From: Diplonema japonicum
Lineage: Eukaryota > Protista > Euglenozoa: Diplonemea
Assembly: GCA_964019335.1 (NCBI GenBank)
Contig: OZ025690.1
Location: 310,001 to 374,000 of the forward strand
Direction of reading: 5' to 3'
DNA length: 64,000 nt
The notes beneath the pieces were generated by a model. The model saw only the letters and a list, made by a program, of their open reading frames with translations. It searched no databases and was not told the DNA's origin. Positions within the stretch are counted from its first letter, which is position 1. Each line of letters starts with the position of its first letter. The position numbers and the translations under genes were made by a program. Positions 35,938 through 47,830 of this stretch are shown in pieces.

Positions 35938-38900
35938 TCACGGCCTGAATGCAGGGCTCCTCGGAGAATAGAGAGCAGCTGCTGAGGCGCAACGGATGGA
36001 CGCCATGTGGTGCGACATTGGAATCGCCTTATGAGAGAGTTCTCGGTGCCGGTCGACAGACTCACGAACAGCAGAAGGGAGGGGCGCAGGGTTAATGGCA
36101 GTGGTGATATACGGAGATAACATTACAGGACGGGCCGCAACAGGAGTAGGCAGCGTGATGGGCGGCTGCACCATTACAGGAGCCACCGGCGCGATTTCTA
36201 CAGAAGTCTTATCGAGAGAAAACGAATCATTGTGGCCATTGTGCACGGGGCTGTCAAGCCCACTATCGAGACCGCAACCTATAATCTGATTCGTCATCTC
36301 CTTCACATTCTTGTTGACCAAATTGTTCTCTGCTTGAAGCTCGGCAAATCGAACCTGCAACTCCTGCAAGGAATGCTGCTTGTCTGCATCACTGTCACGA
36401 TACTTGTCACGCTCGTAGCGCAGCTGGCGTAACGCGTTTGACAGCCAAACCTCCAAATCGACTGATGGTGTCCACCCCTCGCTCAACCCTGAATCCCCGT
36501 CCACAGGCGGGATGATTAATGATGCTAGCGATTCGATTATTCTTTTCATCTCAGACTGCGACTGTGACATGGACTGGTTTGATGCTCGTAGAATGCTGAC
36601 CTCATTCTCTACATCGCCGAATTTCGCTTCTGAGATTGCAGCTCGTCTAGCAATGTCTTTCATGCGTATGTTTGCCGATTCGTGTTCCCCCACAAGGGCG
36701 ACTTCTCTTACCCTTTGTTCTCTTTCGGATGTTTCTAAGGTTCTTACCTTGTTTGTGAGCTCGTCGGCGCGGACGGCGAGGTGTTCTTTCAGGTCTTTCA
36801 GCCTCCCCAGGCGTGCCCAGTCGCTGCACCATGATGGGACGAGCTTCGTTCTTAGAATCTCCATTGTTTCCAACGACGTGTCGAGCTCCCTGCGCATTTG
36901 TTGCATCTTGCCGTAGTGTTGGCTTTCTCTCAGCAGTCTTTCAAGTTCTGTGTTGCGCTGTCTGACCTCGTCCACTTCTTGCGACAGTGTCGTCATGCCT
37001 TGGAGTTCATGTTCCTTGTCTTCCAGAGCTCTGCTGGATTTTAGAAGTTCTGCCTGTGCGTGGGCCAGCTCGTTCCTCATCCTGCTTGTCTCTGATCGTA
37101 GCTGTTTTTTTTTTTATAAATTATTTGTGAGGGGTTTTTTTACCTCGGTTTCTCGTCCAGTCTGCTCTTCGAGGGTTTTGATGGTCGTCTCGTCGTGAGC
37201 AGCACGCTCTGCGTTCAGCACTGCGCGTGTTTCTTCCAGTTCGGCTTGGTGCCTATTTATGTGATGCAAGTTTTTTTTTTCTTGGTTGTGTACCTTTGGT
37301 CTGTCTTGCGCCTGTCGTCTTCGAGTTGTTGAAGCATAGCTGCCTGCTCCGCAACCTTTGTGGGGTGGTAATGGTAAGTGGGGGGCACACCTGTAGCGAG
37401 AGGTTGTTGACCTCATCCTCGTACTCCTGTTGTCTGGCATCGGCGTCCCTTTCTATTTGGATGGTTGTCTCGTCCACCTGCCTCTCAAGGTCCCTTTTGT
37501 CTGCTTCCATGGCACGGAGTGTCTCCTCCATGCTTGCCTCCATTTCTTGCGTCACTTTCCGTGCTTCTTCCTTCCTGGCTTCCGCAATTTGTACCTTCAT
37601 TCTGTTTAGCTCGCCTATCTTCATTTCAATCTGAGCCGCCTGTGAGCGCACGGTATCCTCCAAGTGTGTCGTCTCCCTGTTCATCTCTTCGTCTTTGGCT
37701 TCAAGCTGCCTTATGAGGGATTCGTTCTCAAGCTCCAGGTCAGCAATAGCCCTGCGCCTTGCTGCCTGCTCGGAGTTGAGCTGTGACTCGTGTTGTCGCA
37801 CGAGCTGTGCTTCCCTCATTCTCAGCCTTGACTCTGCTTCTTGGTTCAGCCTTTCTCTTTCGTACTCCAGCTCCCTTTCTGTGTCACGTAGTGCAAGCTC
37901 CCTTCCTGCGATCTCGTCCCCCTTTAGCTGTGCTTCTCGCAAGCGGGTGCGGAGCCTCTCGATCTCCGTGTCTCTCGCACGCAGCTCGTTGTCCTTCATC
38001 TCAAGCTCTGCTGAGCCATCCTCGCACTTGCCCTGCACGCCCTTCATTTTCCCCTCCAAGGAATCGATGGCGAGCTGGTACTCCGCCACCTGCGCCCTTA
38101 GTGAGTTCTCGGCTTCCTGCAGCTGCCTGTCCTTCATCTCCATCTCGTTGTCGAACCTTGCGTGCATTTCTATCACACGCTGCTCGGTGCTCATTTCCAT
38201 CTCTGTCACCTGCCGCTGCATCATCTGCATCTGTGTTTCCATCCCCATCCTGGAGTCCAGCTGCTTCTCGAGATCTGCGATCACCTTCGTCATCCTGTCG
38301 ATGTCAGCGTCAGAGTGCTCTAGATGCTTCTTCAGTTTCGCGACCTCCCAGTCAGCCGTCGACTGCGAGAGGCTGGGGTTGGGTGGGGACATCCTGCCCT
38401 GGCTGAGCTTCCTTGGGGAAATCGGAGGGGGGGAGATGTACTTGGGAGACAGCTGAGGCGACAACCTGCTCTCCGACCTCAGGGAAGTCATCATACTGTT
38501 TGGCGAAGCAGGGTGGTTGAACTGGCTCAGCTGCTGCAGTAGCTGTGGGGTACCGGGCTGGATAGACCCGGGGTGCGACGCAAGGATTCCGATTTTAGCG
38601 CTGGTGCGAAGTGGGTAAGTGAGAAGGGCGGGGACAGATGGCTCAGGGGCAGCAAGGCGTCTCCATCTCTCAATGCTCTCAAGGAAACTGTACCGCAGCA
38701 TGTGACTCGCACTGGTGTCCACAAAAGCAAGGGTGGACTCCCTGTTGGTACCCTGCGTGTGAACGGTAAGCGCAACGCATAGAGACAAGGTATTCGAGTG
38801 CCTGATGAACGAAGGGGACTGCAGTACTCTGTTGATGGACCATATGAACTCGGACGGCGTGGTTGCCACAAGATACCTGCAGTTCAGATACGTTTGTTCA

Positions 38901-39370
38901 CCAGGTACAACCGGCTGGGCAGCGGCCTCAGGACGGGAGATGTTCTTCAGTAAGTCAACAGCAGAGGTGCCGTTTTCCTTCAAGCACGAGAACGAGAATT
39001 TTATAGTCTGGTCTGGGGTCAGCATTTCTGTAATTTGCCGGACCGCGCGTATAGCCACACCGTCTGTGAAGGAAGCACGCCGTTCTACTAGAGGGACCCT
39101 CCCGAAGAGGGCTTCCATTCTATCAGACTCGCAGCGTTCACCGCACATCACAACGCAGCCCGAGCCCTCTCCTTGAACGGCTCCTTCAGCATACTGTGCT
39201 AGGTATTGCGTGAACAGCGTTTCCTTCGTAGTGTACTGAGGGAACACATAGTGGAATCTGTACACCTTGCCCTCTACTTTCAACACGCCTTTCTCCAATG
39301 TAGGAGTCACGAATGTGTCCGACCCACCGTCGCCTGAATCCGTGACCAGCCATCCTGTCTGGATGCTCAT
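35938..39370 (-). CDS. Divergent kinesin-like protein with long coiled coil, 4 exons
   Basis: Introns 37356-37390 (35 nt), 37253-37293 (41 nt), 37102-37143 (42 nt) fuse three ORFs in frame. N-terminus YRFHYVFPQYTTKETLF..GAVQG..CVVMCG, AVDLL and STLAFVD follow kinesin motor topology. Confidence 0.8.
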
Positions 39371-39485
39371 CTCCCCTGTGGTTGGGTGTCAAAATGCGGG
39401 GGTACAATAAAAGATTTTTTTTTTTTTTCTTCCTCCACCAGCTTACCCTTGGAAAAGGGAGCTTTTTTTTTTTTTTCCCTTCAAT

Positions 39486-40142
39486 TCAGAACCTCTGGTG
39501 GAGCCTTAGCAACAGCAAACAGAACTCGTTGTAGGAAATCCTGTCGTCAGGGCTTATGGAGCGTTTTTTGAGAACCTCCAAAAGCCGCTTCTCGCATGGG
39601 GGGACGCCGCAAGAGTCGAAGGAGTTGTATCGCTTAAGAAAATGTGACCAAGTAAGGTCGCCGTGCTGTGACCACTCAGTGTAAAGGGGTTTGAGTGCTG
39701 CCTCTGAGATTGGGGTGAGCGGCGCAGCCTCTTCTTCGATACGCGACGCTGCCGAGGGAGCACGTGCTCTCACCAACTTTTGAGGGCTTGCGGAAATCTG
39801 TTCGGCGTCAAAGGGCTTCCTGCGAACATCTTTCGACTCTGTTATAAGGTACACATCGCTGCTCTCGCCACGGATCTGCTTCGCTAGCTTTCCTAGTTGC
39901 ACGGATAAGGAGCTGCGTTTAGCCGCGATTTTTCTCCATGCCTCCTCTTTCTCTTTGTATCCGTTGCTCACAGCAGACCTATCCTTCCCCTCCAAAACTG
40001 CGCGGATCACCTCCTCTCGCATTTTCCCCATTTCTTGAAACCTGGTTTCTTCCTCCTGTTCTACGCTCTGCAGCTTCTTGTTCAGTTCCTCCGTTTTCCT
40101 CTTCCATTCTTCATACGCCTGGAAATAGCTAATGTTTGCCAT
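39486..40142 (-). CDS. Hypothetical coiled-coil protein with C-terminal EF-hand-like pair (218 aa)
   Basis: Start MANISYFQ; HGDLTWSHFL and PDDRISYNEFCLLL resemble degenerate EF-hands. Confidence 0.7.
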   Translation of the reverse strand: MANISYFQAYEEWKRKTEELNKKLQSVEQEEETRFQEMGKMREEVIRAVLEGKDRSAVSNGYKEKEEAWRKIAAKRSSLSVQLGKLAKQIRGESSDVYLITESKDVRRKPFDAEQISASPQKLVRARAPSAASRIEEEAAPLTPISEAALKPLYTEWSQHGDLTWSHFLKRYNSFDSCGVPPCEKRLLEVLKKRSISPDDRISYNEFCLLLLRLHQRF

Positions 40143-40912
40143 TATTACTGTTTTTTTTTCCCCCCTCCCTTCTGAAAAGATAATTTCTCCGAACAATATA
40201 TAGAGGGGGGAAAAAAAGGATTCTTTTTTTTTTGGTGGAGAGAGGGGGTGGAGGAAAGAAGAAGACAAACATTTTAAAAAGAAAATAAAGGGGGGGGTAT
40301 GTATTGCAAGGGGGAGAGGGGGAAAGAGAGAAAGAAGAATAGAAGAAAGAAGAAGAAAAGAAAAAGGAAGGGGTAAAAAGAAAAGGGAAGAAGAAAAAAA
40401 AAAGAACGAGGAAGAACCCATAAAGGATTTTTTTTCTTCTTTTCTTACTTTGAAGCCACCAAGAAGCAAATTTTCTCCGGGGCCCCATGAGGGAAATTAC
40501 CTGGTAAGGCCGCCAATTAGAAATTCGAAGCGTTATAATATAATATTTTTTCCCGTTTCCCCCCCTTTTTTTTCCCTTCTCCCCTTGAATTTCCCGCGTG
40601 AAAAAGAATGGGCCGAAAAATCGACAAATCAAACTACGCAGAAAAAGAGGGAAAAATACAAAATAAGTATCCTCTCCCCGTTCTCTTTATTTCTTTCTCC
40701 CCCTCCCCCTTTATTTTGTTTTATTTTTTCTTTTAAATACCCACGAAACCCTCCCTTTTCCTTTCTCTTACTCTCCCTCCCCTCTTTTTTTTCTCTCTCT
40801 CTTCTTTTCTTCTTTAATTTCTCCTTCATCTCCCCCCTCACCCCCGTAAACCGTTCTTTTGGAAATATAAAAAGAAAAAAAAAATTCATAATTGTAAAGA
40901 TTTTGTTGTTTT

Positions 40913-41937
40913 CTATTCTAATGGATCGTCGGTTCCTTTCGCCTGCGGCTCCATTCCACCAGCATCGAGTTCAGACTGGTTGGGAACAGAGGGAGAGAGA
41001 GGCGATTGCTGCGGTGCAGCAACCAAAGGAGACACAGGTGGGGTATCAGACACAGGGTCAGGCTGCACGACACGGGCCCCGGTTGTGGCTTCCCTATTTT
41101 TTTTTTTTTTTTTTTTTTTTAATCATACGATTCTTGCTTGAGTGGAGCATGCATCAACCTGGTAGTGGACACCGCAAGTAAACCAGAAAACACAGTAACA
41201 AGACAAAGTAAAGGCAACGATGCAGCACACCCTGCATCAGTGGTGGAAACAAGGGTAAACAAAGACCCAGACAAATGCAAAAGCAGCGTCGCGGCCAGCA
41301 ACAAAGACGCGTGCTTCGCAGACAGAGGGTTACCCATCTTGTGGTAAGGGAGAGGCGCCGGGCTGGAGGTACTAGTGAACCTCAACGAATAGTACGCGGC
41401 GAAGGCGGTCACCATCCAAGACATATTACAAATTGAGTAGAACAGCGTCTGGAGAGATTGGAAAAACAGAACGGGGATGCTTTTACAGTCATCAGAATAC
41501 CATGTGGCATCCGGTTCTGTAACAGTGGGGTCAAGATGGTAGGCAAATATTATTCCAAAAGACAGTAGCGATTGGCTTGCAGCCCAACCCACTCCAGCTG
41601 CCAACGCAGCAGGTATCACGGAAAACTCTGTTAAATAAACAACTTCCCCGAATCTCTTTCCAAACGCTTGCTCGCACTTCTCATACAGCCTGTACACGAT
41701 GTACCTGAACCCTTCTGTAATAGCCACCCCAACCAAGCAGTGGAACACCGTGGAGTCCTGTAGAGGTGGGAGAATGTGCCACACCGTTGCGCAGAAGTGT
41801 GACGCGATGACGAATACAAAACTGGCAGCCATCCCAACCATAACCAACTGCGGGTGTTTGGACAGCACCCCGAACAAAACCGCCGCCAAGGGGCTCCACG
41901 CGATAAGCCCACTCCCGAGGATGCCGTACCATTGCAT
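40913..41937 (-). CDS. APH1: Gamma-secretase subunit APH-1, 2 exons
   Basis: Multi-TM protein with GLIAWSP..LF, HPQLVMV, EGFRYIVYRL, ALAAGVGWA, LLHLSGS. A 35-nt intron (41094-41128) adds a Pro/Ser-rich C-terminal exon ending in TAG at 40913. Confidence 0.82.
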
Positions 41938-42176
41938 TTTTTTTTTTTTTTTTGGTTTTTTTTTTTCCCCCTCCTCGACACCCCCCTTTCCTCTTCTTGC
42001 GGTTGGTGAGAGGTGATTGGTAAATATGTATACAACGAAGAAGAAAAAAAAGCTTTTTTTTTTTTTTTTTTTATTTACACTTTTTTTTTTCTTTCTTTTT
42101 CTTTTTTTTTTTTTCTTATCCAGAAATAATCGATTTTTACTCTCCTCTTTTTTTTTTTTTTTTTAAAAAAAGGATG

Positions 42177-42939
42177 TTAATTTCTCGTGCTTGCTTGGTA
42201 TGTATTGAACAGTTCCAGTGCCACCAAGGTTCGTGCGCTGCTCGCACTTTCAAGAGACTCCAAAGGGACGAGGTCGAGCGATATGGGTCCGTCCGTGAGG
42301 GGGAAGGCGTCTCGATAGGTTCGCGGCTGTGTTTTTTTTTTTTTTTTTTTTTTCCTCCCCTTCCCCACTCCATACCTTCGCCATTTTCGACAGATAAAAT
42401 TTGACAGGGTGGGTACCCGGCTCGTCCGGGCACAGTGAAGGGGGACATCCTGCCCCTCCGGTTAGTTTCAACATGTCTTCTGATGTCAGGCTGACCTCGG
42501 CTTGTTTGAGCAAACCGCTGCACTCGCTCTTAAACCCCGTTGATTTGATGGTACCGAAGGGTATTTCCAGGTGGCGTGCTTCCCCTGTGCAAGGTGTAGG
42601 AGTCTTGGTGATTAACACGAAATCTGTTTCTTCTATGGAGACGACGATGAGGACGGCTGCTTCTTCGTCGTCTCTCAGCGTGACTGCTTGTCGTGTTGTT
42701 GCACCTGATTTCGCCTCTAGCAGCAAAGACAGCCGTACACAGCACAACCTCCCAACCATAAGGTCGGCCGTTAAAATGTCTATGGTCTTCACTGTTATGT
42801 GGCTCGGGATGTTCATCCCACCTGCCCATGATAGGAACGGTTTGTATCTCGCTACCTGCCCCACCACCTCCGCATCTCCTAGGTACTCCGCTGCCACATC
42901 TAGTATTGCAGTTCCAGTGCCTATTTTTACTTCTGTCAT
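42177..42939 (-). CDS. Nudix-fold protein related to ADP-sugar pyrophosphatases (NUDT14 type), degenerate Nudix box, 2 exons
   Basis: AAVLIVV..FVLIT..P..G....LEIPFG. Intron 42327-42375 (49 nt) gives the C-terminus ISLDLVPLESL..TLVALEL. Confidence 0.7.
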
Positions 42940-43336
42940 TTATTTTTCTGCCACCGTCTGGAATATATCAGTTTTTTTTTTTTTGGGAAAGACAAAGATG
43001 GGGGGGGGGGGGGGGGAAGAGAGAAGGAGACGGAAGTCGTGTCCTCATCCTTGCACAAAAGAAAGGAGCTGGTTGTTTTTGGTGTCGGGAGGGAGGGGGT
43101 CTTCTTTTTAAGTTTATATAAAAAACCCCCCTCCCCCCCACCGGGGGGGAGGGGACTTAAATTAACGTGTGTTCAAACGTCCCTCCCCCCCCCCTTTTTT
43201 AATATTTTTTTTTTCCCTTTTTCCTTTTTTTTTATTTCTTCTCCATCTAAAGGCGAGGTTTAAAAGACTCATTTTCATAAAAAAAAAAAAAAAAAAAAAA
43301 AAAACAACGAAAAAAAAAAAAAAAACTTTTTTTTCT

Positions 43337-45655
43337 TTATACTCTTGGCGGTCGGAAACCAGGAGGCGGTGGTAGTTCGCTAGGATGGATGTTCCTGGGT
43401 GCATCGGGTTGAGGTATGTCCCACTGTCGCCTTCCGTCATAATCGTTCCTGTAGAAAACATCCCCTTGAGGGGACTGGACTTTGGTCCAACCGGGGGGGA
43501 GCGTGAGGTGAGGGATATTGTGAGGCTCCTCGCCGTAAATCGAAACGAGCCCGGAGAAAAGCTGCTCCTCCTTTCCCTTGTACTGGATCAGCATCGACGA
43601 CACCTTATGAAGCATCTCAGGGTTATGGTACCGGTAGTACGCAATGAGACGCTCTCTGTACTCCACTCTTACAGGGGGTTTTACAGATTTTCCCGCACCA
43701 CCACCACCACCACTACCACCAATGTGTTTCCTCCGAGACCTTCTATTTGGAAGGGTTTCCGTGAGAAAATCTCTTCCTTCATGCTCTCCTAAAAGCCATT
43801 GTGGAAGCGGGAGGTTTTTTCGTTCAGGTTCTTGTTGTTGCAGCTGTTCGATAGTTCGTTTGGAAAGCCTGTCGTCGCTGTTGGTGATCAACGACGACCT
43901 ACGGGACTGAAGGGACCTCTGTGAGGTGTTGAGTTGAGGTGGGATGATCACCATCCCCTTCGCTGGATCTGAAAACCGCTCGCCCCTTGCGTCGAACCGT
44001 CTCGTACAAGCAAGGTATGGGAACAACAAACCGCCTTGATCAATGGGACCGACCTGTTCCCTCATGGAATCCAGAATGGTTTGGAATGTAGGGTCGCTTG
44101 ACTCGAAGAAACATTTTATGAAGATCGATGTGACCAGCCCCACAGGGAGGGTGAACGCTTCTTTTGCGGCGAGCATTGTGACCAATACGGCTTGGGCTTG
44201 CATTTCCTCCACCACATTCTCCCCCACCTCGTAATCACCATCTGCTAAAATCATAATCTTGAACGCGAGATCCACCAACGTGCCCCCCAACGAGAAATCG
44301 CAAAGTATGAATATCCGTGAATCTCTAGGTAGTGGGAACAAAAGTAAATTGTTGACCTCCGGGCATGTTATGAACCCGTTTTCCACGTAGTCCAATGGTG
44401 CGAAAGCTGCAACATCACCTCCCTCGATGTTCCGGTCGTCGGGAATGTTAGTGGAATGCCCGGTGATGTACAGAAAAGTATTGTCAGCGGAGGTGATGTC
44501 TTTTGAAAGCCATTCCAACGCTCGTAAGATGTTCGCCTTCGACGGGCGGATGGCCCCGCGAATGTCGTCGCAAAGTACTTTTTGACGTGAGTAGCCACGG
44601 TCTCGGAGGAATTCGCTGACTGCGGTGACGCGTTTCCCTGCACCGGGGAGTGTAACATCAGTGTCGTGATAGCTTAGACCGATGAGGACCGCCTTTGCCG
44701 CACCGGGGATCATAGTTTTCTTTGCTTCATCCAATGTATACGTGTATCGATCTGACGTGTTTGAATAAAGCTCGTCAGAGAGTTCATCGGTGAACTTGGT
44801 GACACCCCACTCGCAGTTTGTCATTTTCATGTCAAATTTCATCTTTCCCGCCTTTTCCAACTGCGATTTTACGAACCGTAGGTGGTCTTCGCCGGTGATA
44901 CGCATTCCTGCGACTTCAACCACAACCCCGAGGGGTATGTTGTGTCTGGCCAGGCATCCATCTCTGGTTAGAGCGCGTATTTCAACAGATCCGTCTGGTG
45001 TCTCGCAGATGCCTGCGCCGAGCTCTTCTTTGACATGTTTTAAACTGATGGTGAATGTTACCTCTTTTTCTTCTACTTTTTCTGGGTTGGTGTCGTGGTG
45101 CTGTTGTTGATGTTGATGTTGATGAACATTCGGTTGTTCTTTGGGAGGTTCATAGGACTTCGGTAACGCGGTTGGGTTGTTCTTGTAGTATAGCAGAAGA
45201 TCCTTCGGGGTTTTGCTGCCTGGTTTTTCGGACGTATCCGGGATGGAGTTCAACTTGTCCAAGATTTCCAAAGGTGTGTGTTGTGGGTTCAGTACCTTCC
45301 AAAGAGACGCCAGTGCAGACAGAACCTCTTGGGGTTTTCCAGGAGTGTTCAGCAAGTGCTCTTTCCATGTGAAGAGCCAGTCTCTTTCCCCATCTTTCGT
45401 GACGATTAACACCTTGTTGACCTCCCTCCCGTACTCAACACGGATGATGTCTGACAGCAACAAGAACCTTGCGATTTGACCACCCGCCTTGACCTGGGTT
45501 ACGTATTTTTCGAACAAAACCAACGCTCTGGGAACTCGTCCGCCGCCAGCGTTCTCCTTTTCTACGTTGTAGTACGCATAACATTTGTGCTTCGTGTACT
45601 CGAACTGACGATTGACTTCCTGGGGGAGGCTGACCTCAGGTGGTAGATGGGACAT
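43337..45655 (-). CDS. Multidomain metacaspase-like protein (PH-like, PDZ-like, caspase fold, helical domain, WW)
   Basis: KAVLIGLSY..LPG, PSKANILRALEWL, FLYITGHS, FAPLDY..G.I, CDFSLGGTLVDL; YRERLIAYY..NPE..YKGKEEQLF..YGEEP; WW LPPGWTKVQSPQGDVFYRN..RQWDIP. Confidence 0.85.
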   Translation of the reverse strand: MSHLPPEVSLPQEVNRQFEYTKHKCYAYYNVEKENAGGGRVPRALVLFEKYVTQVKAGGQIARFLLLSDIIRVEYGREVNKVLIVTKDGERDWLFTWKEHLLNTPGKPQEVLSALASLWKVLNPQHTPLEILDKLNSIPDTSEKPGSKTPKDLLLYYKNNPTALPKSYEPPKEQPNVHQHQHQQQHHDTNPEKVEEKEVTFTISLKHVKEELGAGICETPDGSVEIRALTRDGCLARHNIPLGVVVEVAGMRITGEDHLRFVKSQLEKAGKMKFDMKMTNCEWGVTKFTDELSDELYSNTSDRYTYTLDEAKKTMIPGAAKAVLIGLSYHDTDVTLPGAGKRVTAVSEFLRDRGYSRQKVLCDDIRGAIRPSKANILRALEWLSKDITSADNTFLYITGHSTNIPDDRNIEGGDVAAFAPLDYVENGFITCPEVNNLLLFPLPRDSRIFILCDFSLGGTLVDLAFKIMILADGDYEVGENVVEEMQAQAVLVTMLAAKEAFTLPVGLVTSIFIKCFFESSDPTFQTILDSMREQVGPIDQGGLLFPYLACTRRFDARGERFSDPAKGMVIIPPQLNTSQRSLQSRRSSLITNSDDRLSKRTIEQLQQQEPERKNLPLPQWLLGEHEGRDFLTETLPNRRSRRKHIGGSGGGGGAGKSVKPPVRVEYRERLIAYYRYHNPEMLHKVSSMLIQYKGKEEQLFSGLVSIYGEEPHNIPHLTLPPGWTKVQSPQGDVFYRNDYDGRRQWDIPQPDAPRNIHPSELPPPPGFRPPRV

Positions 45656-45785
45656 TTTTTTTTCCCCCCTCTCTAAAAAAAAAAAAAATCTTTTTTTTAT
45701 TCCGCATGGAAAAAAAAAAAAGAAAGAAGGTCGGGGGGAAAAGTATGGATGGGTGGGGAGGTTGGAATGGAGGAGAGGGAACAAG

Positions 45786-45830
<45 letters not shown>

Positions 45831-46143
45831 CTATAACCGTCGTTGTTAAGTTTTTTTTTTTCTTTTTAAGGTCACCATTCCGCGGACTTTTGACGGGAGC
45901 AAGGGGGGCGGCGGCGTTCTAACCACCAACACTTACTTAATGATCTGTAATTTTTTTTTTTTTTTAATTATTATTGTTGTTTATTATTATTATTATTATT
46001 TTTTTCTAAAAAAAAAAGAAAAGTGAGAATCAACAAAAAAAAAGAGAAGAAAAAAACCGTTTGAAAAACAGTGAAGAACAAAAAAAAACCAGGCCAGAAA
46101 AAAAAAACACTTCAGGGGGGGGGGGGGGGGGGGGGGGACCAAC

Positions 46144-47358
46144 CTATCTTCGGCGCCTTCTGTCACGTCCGGACGAAGACCTCCTACGCCTTCTCTCGCT
46201 TCGTCTGTCATAGTCTCTGTCTCGGTCTCTTCTGTCATAGTCACGATCCCGGCGATCACGCCTCCCGTCCCGCGAGTCACGTTTTCGTGGAGCGGACTCT
46301 GCCTTCTCCTCCTTGGCAAGGTACTCTGGGTATGGTGTTAAGGCGAAATTGAACTGCCCTTTTTCTAACTCTGATTTTGTCTTCAATTCTTCGATGGTGC
46401 TTTGCGACACCCCTGCCATGCTCGCGAAAATGCAGTTTTTCGATTTGGAAACTTTTAAATCTGTGAGCTCTCCACAGGCTTCGAAATATCCCCGAACAGA
46501 AGCCAGAGTCGGTAGTTTTACACCTTGTGGATACACTATGTAAAGGTGATTTGTAGGTGTTTCAGAAATGTAAGACGTGTCAGGGTTGTATGTACCTGAA
46601 ACAGATTGCGGAGGAGGCGGTGGTGTCATGGATTCTTTACGATCAGCATCGGGTGTTGACGATCGGGAGGATTCTGTCGTTGGTCTGCGGCGTTTTCTTC
46701 TCCTTTTCGCGTTTTCTTCCTCCTTCGCGCGGTACCCGTCTAGCTCACGCTGCATGCACGCTTCTTTCTCTTTTTGTTTCAGTTCCGCTTCTTGCGTAGC
46801 CCGTTGTTTATGATACGCAGATATCATGGTGAGCAAGCCCAGCTCTGCTGCGGTGTGGTTCGTGTTGGCCTTCAACATAGGTACTACTGTATTGGCAAGA
46901 TCAGGCTGCGCTTTTACCATTTCAACAAGGTCGGGTGTGATACCCGCGCCGGGTATACCGTCCATGTTGACGCCAGCTTGTGCTGCAGACATTGCTGCTA
47001 GTGTAACAGCGTCTGAGCCAGATCCGTTGTATTCAATAAGACCGTTTGATTGGTTCAGAGCTGCCTCGTGTTCTGCTTGTTGTTGTCCGAACGGGTCGGC
47101 GCTTGGGTCGCTTTTGACTTCTAAAGGAACACCCATGATGATGGTTCCGTGAACTAGTAAGGCGTGCTTGGCATCAGATTCTCTTTCGTATAGCGCCTTC
47201 CAGATTGCCGCTGTTCCCGTTCCGTCAATTCGTATCAGTTCCTCCACTGTCCCGAAGCTGCTTAAAAACTCCTTTAGTGATTCTTCTGTCAGTTCTTCGC
47301 TTACGTTGCTCACAAACACCGTTCTGTTGGCCGGAAGGCCTATCGTCATGATGGACAT
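46144..47358 (-). CDS. RRM-containing protein with RS/RD-rich tail (splicing-factor-like)
   Basis: RTVFVSNVSEELTEESLKEFLSSFGTV (RNP2), a second degenerate RRM, and RDRDYDRR..RRRRSSS tail. Confidence 0.8.
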   Translation of the reverse strand: MSIMTIGLPANRTVFVSNVSEELTEESLKEFLSSFGTVEELIRIDGTGTAAIWKALYERESDAKHALLVHGTIIMGVPLEVKSDPSADPFGQQQAEHEAALNQSNGLIEYNGSGSDAVTLAAMSAAQAGVNMDGIPGAGITPDLVEMVKAQPDLANTVVPMLKANTNHTAAELGLLTMISAYHKQRATQEAELKQKEKEACMQRELDGYRAKEEENAKRRRKRRRPTTESSRSSTPDADRKESMTPPPPPQSVSGTYNPDTSYISETPTNHLYIVYPQGVKLPTLASVRGYFEACGELTDLKVSKSKNCIFASMAGVSQSTIEELKTKSELEKGQFNFALTPYPEYLAKEEKAESAPRKRDSRDGRRDRRDRDYDRRDRDRDYDRRSERRRRRSSSGRDRRRRR

Positions 47359-47719
47359 TTTTTTTTTTTTGCCCTTTTTCTCCTTCTCTTCGTCCTGTTT
47401 GTTTTTTTGTGGTTTTTGCTTTAAAAAGTGAGGTTATATACATGTTTGAAAAAAAAAGGGGGGGATGGATGAATAAAAAAAAGAGGGGAACAAGGAAAAG
47501 AAAAAAAGTGGGTTTCCATCTCCCACTGGTATATAGTCTTTCTAAAAAGGAGAAAGAGGAAAGGAAAAAAAAGAGGGGGGGGGAGAAAAAAACGACAATT
47601 CTCACGTTTTTTGAGAGATCATATTTTCTCAACGTCGCGTCAAAAAAAAAAAGAAAGAAAACCATATATCTTCCCGAAGAAACGTATCTTAGAAAAAGAA
47701 CAGTAGTTTGTGCACCAGC

Positions 47720-47758
<39 letters not shown>

Positions 47759-47830
47759 GCACTAGGGATTTTTAAGTTATATTTTTTTCCCCCTAAAAAT
47801 CAATATTATTTGCTGATATAAAAAAAAAAA

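Noticed and set aside
40450-41181. Plus-strand ORF containing MDRRFLSP
   Set aside because: The complex part is explained as the antisense of the APH-1 last exon; the rest is homopolymer.
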